From Lama guanicoe (Eukaryota): 64,000 nt of DNA. The notes under the pieces are model-generated. The model did not search any database and was not told where the DNA came from. It saw only the letters and a program-made list of their open reading frames with translations. Shown here piece by piece: positions 38,101-51,700 of this stretch; the stretch's first letter is position 1; each line of letters begins with the position of its first letter. The translations under genes were made by a program, and so were the position numbers. The DNA is taken from the NCBI GenBank assembly GCA_013239625.1, contig MU054212.1:5738270-5802269 (forward strand), given 5' to 3'.

Positions 38101-41100
38101 GGGCTTGGACAGATGAAAAGCATATAAATATAAGTTTAGAGTTCAAGATTCTCTGTTATGCTGCATATGAATGGGACCAAATGTCTTGATGATATTTAAA
38201 TTACTGTAATATAGCAATATCACTGTAATATAGTCTGAATTCACTGGGAAAATTCACTGAGCATTCTCTTTGCACATTTCCTGGTATATTTTCCAGCGTG
38301 TTACTTGTTCCTTTGCTGGAGAAAGACAGTCTTTTTTCCCCAACTTTCCACAGATCTATTGTCGGGCTCTGAACTCGCGGGGTGAAGATTTAGAAAAGCC
38401 TCTTGAGCTTAGAGTCAAAGTCATGGACATAAACGATAATCGCCCTGTCTTTACGCAAAATGTGTACACAGCCAGCATCGAAGAAAACAGCGATGCCAGT
38501 AAGTAGAAAGACACTCCTTCCCTCATTACGCCATCTCTATTTCTCTTAGTCAAAACACAGGTAATTTCAGTATCAGAAAAAGGCGAATTTGTACTTTGAA
38601 CAAACCTCACAAACTCTAACTTAAAACTGACTGAGAGAAAAATCATTATCTAAAATGCTAAACATCCTCTTGTTTGTGGAGGATCCTCAGACATACGACT
38701 TGTCAGGAGCTTAGCGCCTTCCTCAGAGATTGTCACTGGGCTCATGACTAACTGAAGAGAAGACATAAGAATGTGAAATGGGCTCTGTTCTGGTCTATTC
38801 CTCAAATTCTGGGCTGAACCACACCAGACAGAGTGGTGAAGGGTTCACCTGCAGTTGTAGCCATGGGATCACTCACAAAGGTAACACTGGTCTTTAAAGT
38901 CTACACAGCCAAGTGACATTCCATTCTCTCATTTTTTTTTATTCTGCTTCATTCATTCTCCAACTCTCACACTCGTCTCTCTTTCCTTCTTTCTGTCCCT
39001 TCTCCTTTCTGCATTTTTGCTTTCCCTATATTGCTACTTCCTCTCTTCTCCCCTCTTTGCCGTCTGCCTCTTTCTGCCCCCAGTCCTCTAATATATGCCT
39101 TTGCCTTTTACATCTATGTCTTGCTCTTACACATCTAAATAAATTTTGGGGAAAAGAATAGAAAAAAGAAATTCCGGAAGAAAGACAGGTGAGAAAAAAG
39201 CAAGTTAGAGGTCCCTATTGAGAGTCAAAGAAAGGATGGAGAAGCCTGGGGGCGGGCAGGAAAAAAGAGACAAGAGATGTTAGAGGAAAGACAGAAAGAG
39301 ATAACAAAGGGCAAAGGTTGAGGAGGGGTGTCAGGAGAACCCCTTTTTCAGATCCCCTAAGGAAAGTGCTGTTGACAATAAGAAACATGGAAGTTTTGTA
39401 ACACAGGATGTTACAAAGCGAGGGTTCTGCCTAAAAGAGGCAAAACAGAAAGAGTGTCCAAAGTCCATCATTGTTTCCCCCAAACACACTTCGGCACGAC
39501 CTTGGTGAAGGAAGGGATGGTGAAACGCACACCCAAGCCCAGAACTGGGTCTACTCGGCCTCATTAGCGTCCCGCAGGGGAGGGGAGCTCCCCACCGGGC
39601 CAGGAAGACCTTCATCAACTAGGAGTTCTGTGAAACCTGCCTCTTTCTCTTCAGTGGGTCCCTGGATCTCTGTACTAGGATTTCTCACTCTGAAGGCTGG
39701 CTGGGCAGCAGAAAAACATCAGGAACCAGCCGAGCCTGGGAGATCTGTCCTGTGAGCCGATGTCCTTGGGGACTGGCGCAGGATGCCTGTGCTTCACGTC
39801 TGTGAATAACTGGGAACTCCTTATTTTCCTGTAGATACATCTTTTTTCCCAGCATTATGTATTTTTGACTGGTCAGTAACAGTACGATTATCTTCAAAGG
39901 CAACCAATAATAATTTTCAGCTTTCTGGATGAGTGAAAATAATGAACATAGGTACTCAAAAAATACCTGCAATGCTGAAGCTATGATCTTTCCTAATTGA
40001 GCATTTTAAAATAATTTCACGAAACTGTGGCAAAAACAAATTGATAAAATCAGTTTTTCAGCTTTGTGATAAAGGCTGTTGAATTTTTTTTCACACATTA
40101 AAGATGACTTTAATTACTTTACAAACTATGGGTGTAAGACAGGCTCAGGGATGTGTTGAACAACACAGGGAAGATAGCCAATATTTTGCAACAAGTGTAA
40201 ATGGAAAGTAACCTTTAAAAATTGTATAAAATTTTTTTTTAATTTTAAATATATTTGCAGAAATGTGAGACAATGTCAGCCTTCTCACTAAATGATACTT
40301 TGAAACAGTTCATTTTTATAAGAAGGATGTGACTTATGTAACCATGTAGTGAGTTTATTATAGTTACTTGAAATAAATTAATAAGTAAATTTTTTAAGAT
40401 AAATAAAGATTATTGATTTTTTAAAAATTACTGTATCTTGCTAATTAACCATTTAAGGAGTACTTTATAAGTGGTAAAGGATTTTATAGACGCAAACTGC
40501 CATTATTTTCATAATCAGTGGTGTAGCTGAAAGTTATGGTAATATATTTTCATGGAACACTAGGAACAAAAGAATTCAGGAGAAGGCTGACGACTCTTTC
40601 TTCCTCTGCCTGACGATTTGCTGAATTGATTCTAACAGAGTCTCAAACACTCTTCACCTCCATCTTCATTCCTAGACACACTGGTAGTAAAGTTAAGTGC
40701 CACAGATGCAGATGAAGACAATCATCTGAATTCTAAAATTGCCTATAAGATCATCTCTCAGGAGCCAGCGGGTGCACCCATGTTCATCCTGAACAGGAAC
40801 ACCGGAGAAGTCTGCACGATGTCCAGTTTCCTTGACAGAGAGGTAAAGTTCTCAGTGAATGAATTTTAAGAAATAAGGAATTCAATTTTAAAAACATCAA
40901 AAACAAACGAACAAATAAATAAATAAAATAAAAACACACACATAAAAAAAATGTATGCCTTTCCTCCAATTAAAGGACAAAAGTAAAAAATAATCCAACC
41001 ATTATTTTTAAATGAAAATTGTGACAAGAAAAAATTGTTTTAAAAGATGGTAGAAATTACAAAAGAAAATGGAGTAATAATCAGAATGTGTTGAATTTTA

Positions 41101-44100
41101 TTCAAAACAAGAACTGTCTTAAAATTCTTTTCCATCTGAAGCAACACAGCATGTACAACCTCCTCGTGCGGGGCTCGGATCGGGACGGAGCTACAGACGG
41201 ACTGTCCTCCGAGTGCGAGTGTAGAATCAAGGTTTTAGACGTCAACGATAATTTCCCCGTGTTGGAGAAAACTTTCGTAAGTTGATACTCTTATAATCCT
41301 TTTTCCATGGATTTGCTTTCCCACGAACTCGTGAGGCTGGTTCTGCTACATGTATGGATGTGCTCAGCCTTGCTGTATAAACCCTGGAACGTCTTCTTGT
41401 ATAATGGTAACACGTTAACAGTGCACGTTTGCCGTTGAGTCACTATTCTGTGCAAATCTCCTCTTTGAAAGCACAGACTGTCTTCCCCATGCTCTCTACT
41501 CACAGAAATGGGGAAATTTGTTAATATAACTCTGAGAATCATGAAGCAACACTGATGTATCTTTCGATGCCTGACAATTTGCTGAATTAATTCTATGAGG
41601 GTCCCAAACACTCTCAATTTCCATGTTCATTTTTAGGCATAAAGAAGCATAAAATCAAAAACAGCAGGGCCAAAGCTGGCTCAGTGCCTGTTTTGGTTAA
41701 AAAAAAAAAAAAAAGTCCAACATGTTTCATGGGGCCACAGCTGTATTCATCCTACACGTATGGTCTGTGGCTGCTCTGATCCCACAGCAGCAGAAATGAG
41801 CAGCTGCAACACGAACTCACTAGCCCACAAAGCCTAATATAATTACTACCCAGCCCTTCACATGAAAGGAGGGAGTAACTTAAGGAAATTTTAAAATAAG
41901 CAAGAAAAATGAAACAAAGTGCCAGTCTGACCTCGATTTCACATACGGCACAAGAAAATAAGTTTCATTATCTTACAATCATTTTATTCTTATATTTTCT
42001 GATTGGACATACGGCTGATGCAAAAATCATTGGCATCGTTTGCTGTTAGTATTTTAAATGATGATTATGTATTAGTAAATATCTTTCCTCTTGAAAGTTC
42101 ATTGATAATAAAATTGATCCATGTCATTTCAGTACACAGCAAGTATTGAAGAGAATTGTTTAAGTTCGGAACTGATACGATTCCAAGCAATTGATCTGGA
42201 TGAAGAAGGCACTGACAATTGGTTGGCAAAATATTTAATTCTCTCTGGAAATGATGGGAATTGGTTTGATATTGAAACAGATCCACGAACCAATGAAGGG
42301 ATTTTGAAAGTCGTCCAGGTACAGTATGGGATCTGCAATATTTTCTTCCCAAGAAGGGTTAAAATACTCGGGGATAGAATGTGCCTACGACAAACACTCC
42401 ATAACCTGGAATAGTATTTATGTGGACAAGAGCCCTGGGTGAGCTCAGACTGTGTCAGTCTGAGACTCCCAGCCCAGCAATGCAGTATTTATTACCATGA
42501 GAAATAAGAAGGCTGTTTTGTTCTCACAATGCCCAATAACCAATTGAGAAGACAAGGCAAGTTCTCCCAAACTAGAAAATAGCGTGAGTTAAAAACAAAA
42601 TAAATAGTAGCATAGGTGTTATGATATTAAACATAATTAATGGCCAAATGGGTGAAATACGAAATAATTACTGAGGTGAGATCCTTCTGAACTAGGTGTG
42701 TCTGAAAGGGCTTCATTCCTGGAATAAGGTTTAAGCAAGACCTTTTAACTGGGATTGCTAATGTGGGTAGTGAAATGAGCAAACACACGGAGGTGAGAAA
42801 ATGAAAATCATGTTCAGGGCATGGTGAGCGGCTCCGTGGGGCTGCAGTGGAGTATTCACGGAGGGAAGCAACGAGATGCAAGAACAGAGATGCTGAGTGG
42901 GGGTCTGTCTGCTGAGAATCTTGAAAACTGGATTATAAGCTTTGACTTTTTCCTACAGATTAATTTTTCTTCAACTACTGCATGCTTTTACTTTGTGGAC
43001 AGCAATAAAATCTAAAAATACAAATTAGAAACAAAACTACAAACCAGTAAGATTCAAATTAGCATTAACGTAATAAGGGAAATCAATTTTTCTCAAACAA
43101 AATTACTACTAACAACATAAACAGAACATATAGCTCTGAAAATCTATACTAACAAACCCACGCACACATTGAGTTTAGCAGATAGTGTGAACTGTGAATT
43201 ATTAATTCTGTTACCACTTTTCTCTATTCCAGTGACTGTGAAACTTCTTTTCACACAGTAAATTAGAAGCCATTTAGCCTTCATCTAATGCAAACATATC
43301 ATATAAATATTGAGTTTTTCTCTGTTCTTTTTGCAATTGTTTGGCGCAAATAAAGCATTACTACTTTACCTCAAGACACAACCACCAGCACTGAAATCAC
43401 GCAGTGTATTCTATTCACCTACGAGGTGGTTGCCAAAGTTATGGAAAATATCTATGTATACTTTTTAAAACTGTCATTCAAATGAACACTCAAAATTTCA
43501 AAATTCCTTGAGAGAATACAAGGACTCTTTTAAGAACGTGCGATGACCTTCCTGTTCGAGAAATACTGCTCTGGGCCAGAAATCAGCAAACTATGCCTCA
43601 CAGGCCAAATCTGACCTGCCACCTTTTTGCAAATAAAGTTTTATTGGAACACGGCCACACTCATTCATTTGAATGTATTTCCTATGGCTGTTTCCACATT
43701 CTGTATATGACCTCCAAAGCCTAAAATGTTATACTCTCTGCTCTTAACCAAAAAAATTCAGCAACCCCTACTTACAGACCAAGAAAAGCTTTGGGATATA
43801 TTTTTAAATAGTAGTAACATTGTGAGCTCAACTCCAGAAAGATTAAGGTAAAGAAAACAATCATTATATTAAGTCCTGAGGGCCAGGGACCTGATCTAAG
43901 GCAACAGCAGTCAAAATGAAAATGAGGGAATTGGATTAAGAGCCAAATGTAACATGGATAGGAAAAGAGAGACAAGGTGTCACCTACCACCTTATTAAAT
44001 TAGTTAGTCGAGTTTTTTTCCCAGAGATCAGAATTTGTTCAACCTCACATCTTGGTTAAAAATCAAGATCTAGACAGGTCATGAAATTCTGACCTATCTT

Positions 44101-47100
44101 CTTACCAACTTCATCACTGACTTTGTATATTATCTTGTAATATGTAACTATCCTTTGCTATTAATCTACCTTATAACCTACTAGAATAATAGCAAAAAAA
44201 AAATCTCTGGGCATAAACAACTTGACCTAACTCTGTTTTCCACCCCTAGCCCTTGGCCCCGAGTCCATAAGATTAGTAGAGACTCACAAAACTTTGAGGA
44301 CGGTGTTGATAATGACATTGACTGACACTGCAGCTCTCACCCAAATGGGAGTCACTGAGCTTGACTGCAGACTTCATCATTTCTACAAATCATAAAAATG
44401 AAAAAGAAATGTTCGTAACTCAGGCACTGCACTAGCTATGACTTATATAATGTGTCCTCTGTGAGAGCTGAAAGTCTTTTAAAGATATACTTACTTTATT
44501 GCCCCCCCAAAATTACTGGAAATTCAATTTCATGAAAACTTGGTCAAGTATGAGATGTTGTGCAGATAAAGTATCTTTTTTTCCTGGATGATAACTTCCC
44601 AAGTCATTTAAAGAGAGCAGAAAAAAAAATGCTTACAAACATCAAAATAATGTGGAAAGGCTAATTAAAACGAAATTTAAAACCTTAGTATGTGTGCTAG
44701 CACATAGCCAAAAGAACTATGTATTTAGAAAATACATGTGTAATTGTCCCAGGATTTAGCATTTGGAGTGAGGTCGTTAATGTCCCCTTGGACCATTTTC
44801 ACTCAAGCTACCACTTAACCTTGTGGAAACTGACCCCTAAGTCACAGGCTTTTGACTAAGATTTCTGTAAGCCTTTTCTTAGTCTGTGGACATTACAAAT
44901 GATTCAATTCAACTCAAATTTGAAAAACGAAAGGTGCCAGGGATACGAAGGTTAACTGAGACATGGTCCTTCTTCTCCAGATACCATCCCACTTACAAGA
45001 ATGAACAGAAAAGCTAATGGATCCATCCTAGTGATTTTACCTTTGTTCTAGAAGCATTGCTTCTTTCGGGGTTGTGGTATCCTTAGGTTAGCAAACTTTC
45101 TCCTTTTCCCCACCAGCTCCCCAGTGTTGCCCATAATTAACCTGTTTCTTCTGTATGGAACCCCAGAAGTTCTGCCCCTCCCTACAATCAGCCCTTGCAC
45201 TGTAGTTTAACAAGAGAAAATCTCTAGGAAAGTAAAAAAATCTCTTTGTCAATAATAACTTTATTTTGGTATTTATCAATAAATATATATGGATTACTAA
45301 CAAACAATATAAGCTCATGGGGGAGAGGGCAGGTGTGTATGTACACATTCACTTCAACATTGAGAAGAAAAGCAAAATGCTACCCAGTTGGGATTCTAGC
45401 AAAGAAATATTGGTTCTCTATTTTTACAATAATTCTAATTAATGATTTTTTAACTTCTACTGTTGGTAAATGTGTTGCAAGTGATGCTTACGTTAGCTTC
45501 CAGAGCACTTTTCAGTGGTGCCAGTACTCTTTTTTCACAAGTGCTTTTTCACTTGTAGAAAAGGGATCTCTTCCATTGAAAATCCATTTCTGAGTTCACA
45601 GTTCATGTTCAGCTCTGTGCTGAATCATTGGTGGTGACTTTTCATGTCACCACATCAATCATTCTGGATCAAAAGACTCTATTCATCTCTTATTCAAAAG
45701 GGCCCGTCTCAAAGGTGACTTTTCTCTGGGCAAGGCATTTATTTGAATGTCCCCTATGAAGAAGTCTTCTTGTCCACCAGCTCCAGCTCAATCAAATTAC
45801 AGTTTAGGGCTGACTACAATGGTCATGGATTCTCCTTTAGAAGTTGTTTGCACCATTTTTTTAAATTACATGTTCAATTACATCATATATATTGACTAAT
45901 GTACTCTCTGACTGTACTTCCAAGATATTCTCAGATATGAATTCTACAAAGGAAAACCTGGATACTGTTTATTCATTCAATAGTTGTGAACATTTTAATT
46001 TCATTCCAAGCTTACTTTTTATTTTTCATAAACACTTCATTTGGAAAGAAAAATCACCTTCCATTCCAAGGTTTTTATGTAAGATGTTCAAAACTCCAAT
46101 ATTGGAGTCCAGTTTAGTCACAGGCTGAAATGACGCATGTACCTGATTATGCCAAAACATAAAGGAAATAACATGTCTGAAATAGCTAACGCAATAATAA
46201 ATAAAATCTTATCAATTTAAGATCTGAGCTGCATGGTTCCTGGACTTTATTCTAGTGTGCTGCTTTTTTATCATGCTTCTTATTATATCAAGAGACTCCT
46301 TTTGCTATTTCTGAATTTTTTACTTTCTGTCATTTCAGATGCTGGATTATGAACAAATGCCTAATATTTACCTTAGCATTGGGGTTAAAAACCAAGCTGA
46401 CTTTCACCACTCAGTCGCCTCTCAATTCCAAATGCACTCAACCCCCGTGAGGATTCAGGTTGTTAATGTGAGAGAAGGACCTGCATTTCATCCAGATTCT
46501 ATGACCTTCAGGGTGCGAGAAGGACTAAGAGGAAATTCCTTATCGAATTATGTGCTTGGCACATACACGGCTATCGATTTGGATACAGGAAGTCCTGCAA
46601 CAAATGTCAGGTACTGCCAACATCTTACTCATGTTAATGTGATAAAGCACGGTTCTGTCCTGTGTTGATTCACGTAGTACGTGCTAGTGTCCGTGGGTTA
46701 AAATACTTCGGGGGTTCTGCTTTGCTTTTCGTGTTTGTTTGTTTTAGAAGACTATTGCGGCATTAACATTTTTTTCAGAATTTTAGTAGTGTTTTAGAAG
46801 CAATGAGGGCTCCAACTAGTTAAAAGGGTAATTGTGTCCGGGGAGCAAATGTAAGATCAAAGAGCCACCTACAGTTGCTCTGTGAGGTTCTTTGATCTTT
46901 TGTGCCCAGCTGTACCACCCTGAATGCGGGATGATTAAGCCACATTATAAATGCTAAGACATCATAAAAGATGAGTCAATGCTTTTTTTCCTTAAAACCT
47001 TTTATCTAATGACTTTGGGGCTAATTTCAATCCCTTGCTTGACCTAAGATGACCAAAAAAAGAAGCTGAAACACAGGTGTTTCAGAAATTTGATGTGCAT

Positions 47101-48767
47101 AAAGAGAATCAGAATTGGAAAAATAGAATTAGATCTATGTAAGATATTCTGAAAAATAACTGTAGTGAAATAAGTGTCCTTTATGTCATTTCCTTGTCTC
47201 TCTTTTCTTCCTCCCAGTATTTTTGAAGTGAACAAAGTCTACTAACTTTTAAATTACTTTTGATGTGAATAGTTTTGAGAGCTTAATAGCTAATAAATTG
47301 ACAGACAACAAGAATTATGAAGTCTATCAGAGAAAAGGATCTATCAGATGAGTGCCTTGGACATTTCAATTTGTGCCTGGGTCAGAGACCAGATCTTCTT
47401 CCGATAAGGCCAAGGACTTTGAATCCATTATATTAACTAAAACCCATATATACAAGCTGACTAGATGGTACCACAACCCCTAACAGGCCAACAATGAGGT
47501 GCTCTGCAACCAATATGCCTTAAAATCTAGGAAAAACAAAGCATACCACATGTGAAAATGAATAAAGCATATTCCCTTAACACACAGTGCTGTGATTTCA
47601 TGAACAGATCTAAAATAAACTCATATGAGTTATGATGTATGAGTTTATTTATATTATATTACAATTATATTAAGAGACAGCAGAGTAAGAATTACGAAAC
47701 GGTAAAATTCTGTTGTGAATCTGTGCATTAATATGTTCAACCCTGAAATTATATTGTCTATACATTTTATAAACAAAGTCAGTTATCACTATGAATTATG
47801 CAAGCACTGTATGTAAGTTTAACATGTCGTGTGGCTTAAAATGATTAACTTTCATATAAGCAAATGATGAATGTATTTATTTTAAAACAGGTATATCATA
47901 GGACATGATGCAGGCAACTGGTTAAAAGTGGATTCAAGGACTGGTGAGATACAATTTTCTAGGGAATTTGACAGGAAGTCAAAATATATTACCAATAGGA
48001 TATACACAGCAGAGATCCTGGCTATAGATGGTAAGAAAATTCATTTTCAATATTTTAATAAAATTACTAGTATTACATTAAATACAAATATTATTCTAAT
48101 GTTGATATTAAATCAACTCAAATAAAACATGATTTGTTGGTGTAAGACTTATAGAGGGTTCTCAAAACCTTAGGTCAAGAACTGACTTCATTATCCTTAT
48201 AATCATAATTTATATTTAAGTCATAATTTATTTCACCTACTTCCAAAAAAGAATGGTATGTGACTTACAATGTGAAGCATGGAAGTTAAAATATATACAT
48301 AAAATTCGGTTTCTAGTTATGACCTCATCTCTTGAGATGGCTGATCAACTTGCAGAGTATGTTAGAAATGTTTACTTACAGTGCTATGAGGTGTACACAA
48401 AATTCACTTAGGTGTGACCTGTGGGAAAGGCAGTATCACAAACAGTATCATTTTTTAGAGCCACTAAAGCTGAGCTACAAAGAGAGGCCTGTGTGAGTGT
48501 TGTCCAAAGTAAGATGTTAAAGATGAAGAAAGCACAAGGTTATTCCAAATATAAGCCCCAGATTGAAAGCTGTAAGTGCAAAGGCATTGAATTAACTTAT
48601 AACTGAGCTATTGCTCATGTGGGAAAATCTATTAAGCATTCCTCTTAGCAAGTAGCAATATTAATTTAGCAATAGAAGGGGAGGGTATAGCTCAGTGGTA
48701 GAGTGCATGCCTCGCATGCACAGGGTCCTGGGTTCAATCCCCAGTACCTCCGTTATAAATAAATAAA

Positions 48768-48799
<32 letters not shown>

Positions 48800-51700
48800 C
48801 ATACATACTTAATTACCATCCCCCCTTAAAAAAATAAAATAAAAATAAAAATGTGAAATTGTTAAAAAAAAATTTAGCAATAGATGATGATTCTCTGTTG
48901 CTGTGACTAGCAAACAAGCTACTACAAACCAAAACAGCAGAGAAAGATCAGTAACCAGGAAGGAAGGGGAAAAATAGATGTCCCAGATACATACCTAATG
49001 GAAGATACATATTGTGGGTTTGCATTAAGTTTACATCCGAGCTTTATAATAGCCAAACGAAGAAAAAGATAAATGGGCGTACAGGACTGAAAAAGAAACC
49101 ATGAAAATACCCAAGCAATTACAGCCACACATTCTGGTCTTCATCCTGTGAGTGTCACTTTCAACATCTGGGTCAGTTATGTAAATATTACAGTCTTATT
49201 TATTATCAGTATTCCAGAAGGCCTGTTCCTACAGTGAATTCTAGCCAGACTGATCACAGTCTATGTTTGTGCATGGGTCATATGTGAAAATCTCCAAACA
49301 CTAGAATAAAAAATCAGTCATTTCAAGTAAATAAAGAGGAAACAATAATCAAAATGTATCCACAGAAACCTAAAAACAAGGGCCATTGTTTATGCACCTA
49401 AGCAGAGGATCTGCACAGGCATAAGCCATCCAGATGGTTCAGATAAGTTTGCTCAAGGAGGCTGGGCCACCAGGTGAAGAGGCAAACGCAATCGGCGGGG
49501 GAGGTGGGGGGCAGATGCTGTCAACAATACCTTGAGCTGAGGGCTTGTCACATCACCAGGCCATAAGAGAGTTCCAGAGAATAACACAGAACACAATCCA
49601 TGGGATAATCTGGTGTCTTTCTAATGAGACCAAGTCCAGAAAGTCCAATGCCAAGTCAGGTATTAGAACGTATTGCACAAAACCATGTATGATAGGAGTA
49701 GGCTCCTGGTTTGTTACCATTCAATTCACTTAATGACTCTCCCACTTAGGCACACAGAAAACATCATTAAAAGACAGTTATTAGCTTCTCAAAAAATGAC
49801 CTAGCAAAATACCTAGAGATAATAACTTTCTAGTTTACAAATGAGAAAACTCGTTTGCAAGCGAAGTCTCTTTGCAAGTTAAAAACAAAATAATTATTTA
49901 ACATAAAGTCGCAAAGTGGGCTAAAAGCCCAGACTCTTATTTCTTGGTCCTCTGCCTCTTTAAATAAAATATACTAACCCAAGATGTGTTTCAAATGGTT
50001 TAGTGAAAAAAATCAAATAGATCTGTATTTGTTTTCAGAAGTGTCATTTCAGGGAGAAATAGCATTAAATGGATGGAATTAAACAGCAAGACAGCATGAA
50101 AAAAATACACAAACAATTATTTAATTTCAATTGCAGTTATTTCCACAAACACAGGACCCAATAAGTGTTTAGAATGGAAGGCTCTAAGCTGGACTAGAGG
50201 GGTCTCATTTGAGGGGACAGAGTGGGAAGAGAAAGGAGCAAACTTTCTCCGAGGAAGGACATTTAACTTTGCGTCCTGAGGCGTGTAGGAGTTACCAGAA
50301 TGAAAACAGGGATGAAAAACATTTTAGGAAGACTGAACAGAATGTGCAAGAGTTCTGGTTAAGAAAGAACTTGTTCAAAGAACTGAAAAGAAGCCAGTGG
50401 GGCCGGAAGGTAATGAAAAGACAAGAGTGGCCTCAGGAGACTGAAGTAGGCAGAACGCACTGTGCACCATCTCAGGAGTCATTCAGACTCTTCCTCCATG
50501 CTGTGGCATCATCATGGGATATATGAAAGAGGTTTCTCCCTGACACCATTTACCCCAACACCTGGTATGTTCTGCTGTTTCAGATGGCTCTGGGAAAACG
50601 GCCACGGGGACCGTATGTATCGAAGTACCTGATGTCAACGATTACTGTCCGGTCATTGTTGCAGAAAGGGAAACCATCTGCATTGCCTCTCCATCCATCC
50701 TTATCTCTGCAACAGGCATGGACGATCATCCTTATGGGTCTCCCTTTACTTTCTGTGTTGTGGATCAACCCCCAGGGACAGCTGACAGCTGGGACATCAG
50801 ATCAATAAATGGTAAGTGGAGTGCACAGTTGCTCATACTTTAAGGCCAAAAGTAAAAACAATTACCAAATAATTAGTCAAGTCCTGTAGTAATGATGCTT
50901 TCCATCTCTATTTCCATGAAGAATGTAAAGATCCCATAGTAGTGTGTGTGTTTGTGCTAACTGCTGCTACTTTAAAATGAAGGCCTGATATTGATAAAAA
51001 AAAAATTGAGACTAAGTCTCAGGTAATACAACACTTTATATATTTTGGGTTCTTTTTCCTGAGATGTCAAATGTATAACAGAAAATGAAATGTTATCAGA
51101 GAACCTAGTTTGGGCTACAGTAGCTCCCTAATCTCTTATTCATTTGAGGAAACAGGAAAAACTTCGGGGAGGGGGTGGTAGGATGTGGAGGGCAGGCTAC
51201 AGAGCCCAAAGTGAGAGGGAAAACCCACCTCTCTGAGGCCACCAAGCTTGATTCATCCTAAAATAATGCCAGAAAAAAAATTCCACCATGAAAGACTTAG
51301 TCAAAGGAGGAAATTAGGCGACCTGTTCTCACCACAAAACCTTTTAGCTCATTTCCACAAAACCACTTTAATATTTTGAAAAGCTAAGCACATGGAAGGA
51401 ATTCCATTAAAATCAAGACAACTCTGAATTCACCTTTCCCTACAAATCCCTATATGCTATTCTTAAATACTTGCTAACCACCTTTTCCTCATTCAGATCC
51501 TAGGTATCATTATATTTTTTCTTATAAAAACATAAGAAAAAATGTTCAACATCAAGATTCATAAAGGTATTCAAGTGATATTATAGATTTGCCAGTAAAA
51601 AATATAATCACATTGGAAAGAATATTCTTAGGGTCCTGTTTCAACATTGGTGGTGAAAAAAGGAATAAAGTTCCACCTAACAGGCTATGGCTTTGCCTTA

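Noticed and set aside
38930-39330. Pyrimidine tract followed by a purine tract, suggesting a fold-back
   Set aside because: Complementarity is only compositional; I could not find an extended stem.
48677-48752. tRNA-Ala-like sequences (also near 37500 and 56950)
   Set aside because: They have A-rich tails, and two of the three have TSDs, so they are SINE heads rather than tRNA genes.
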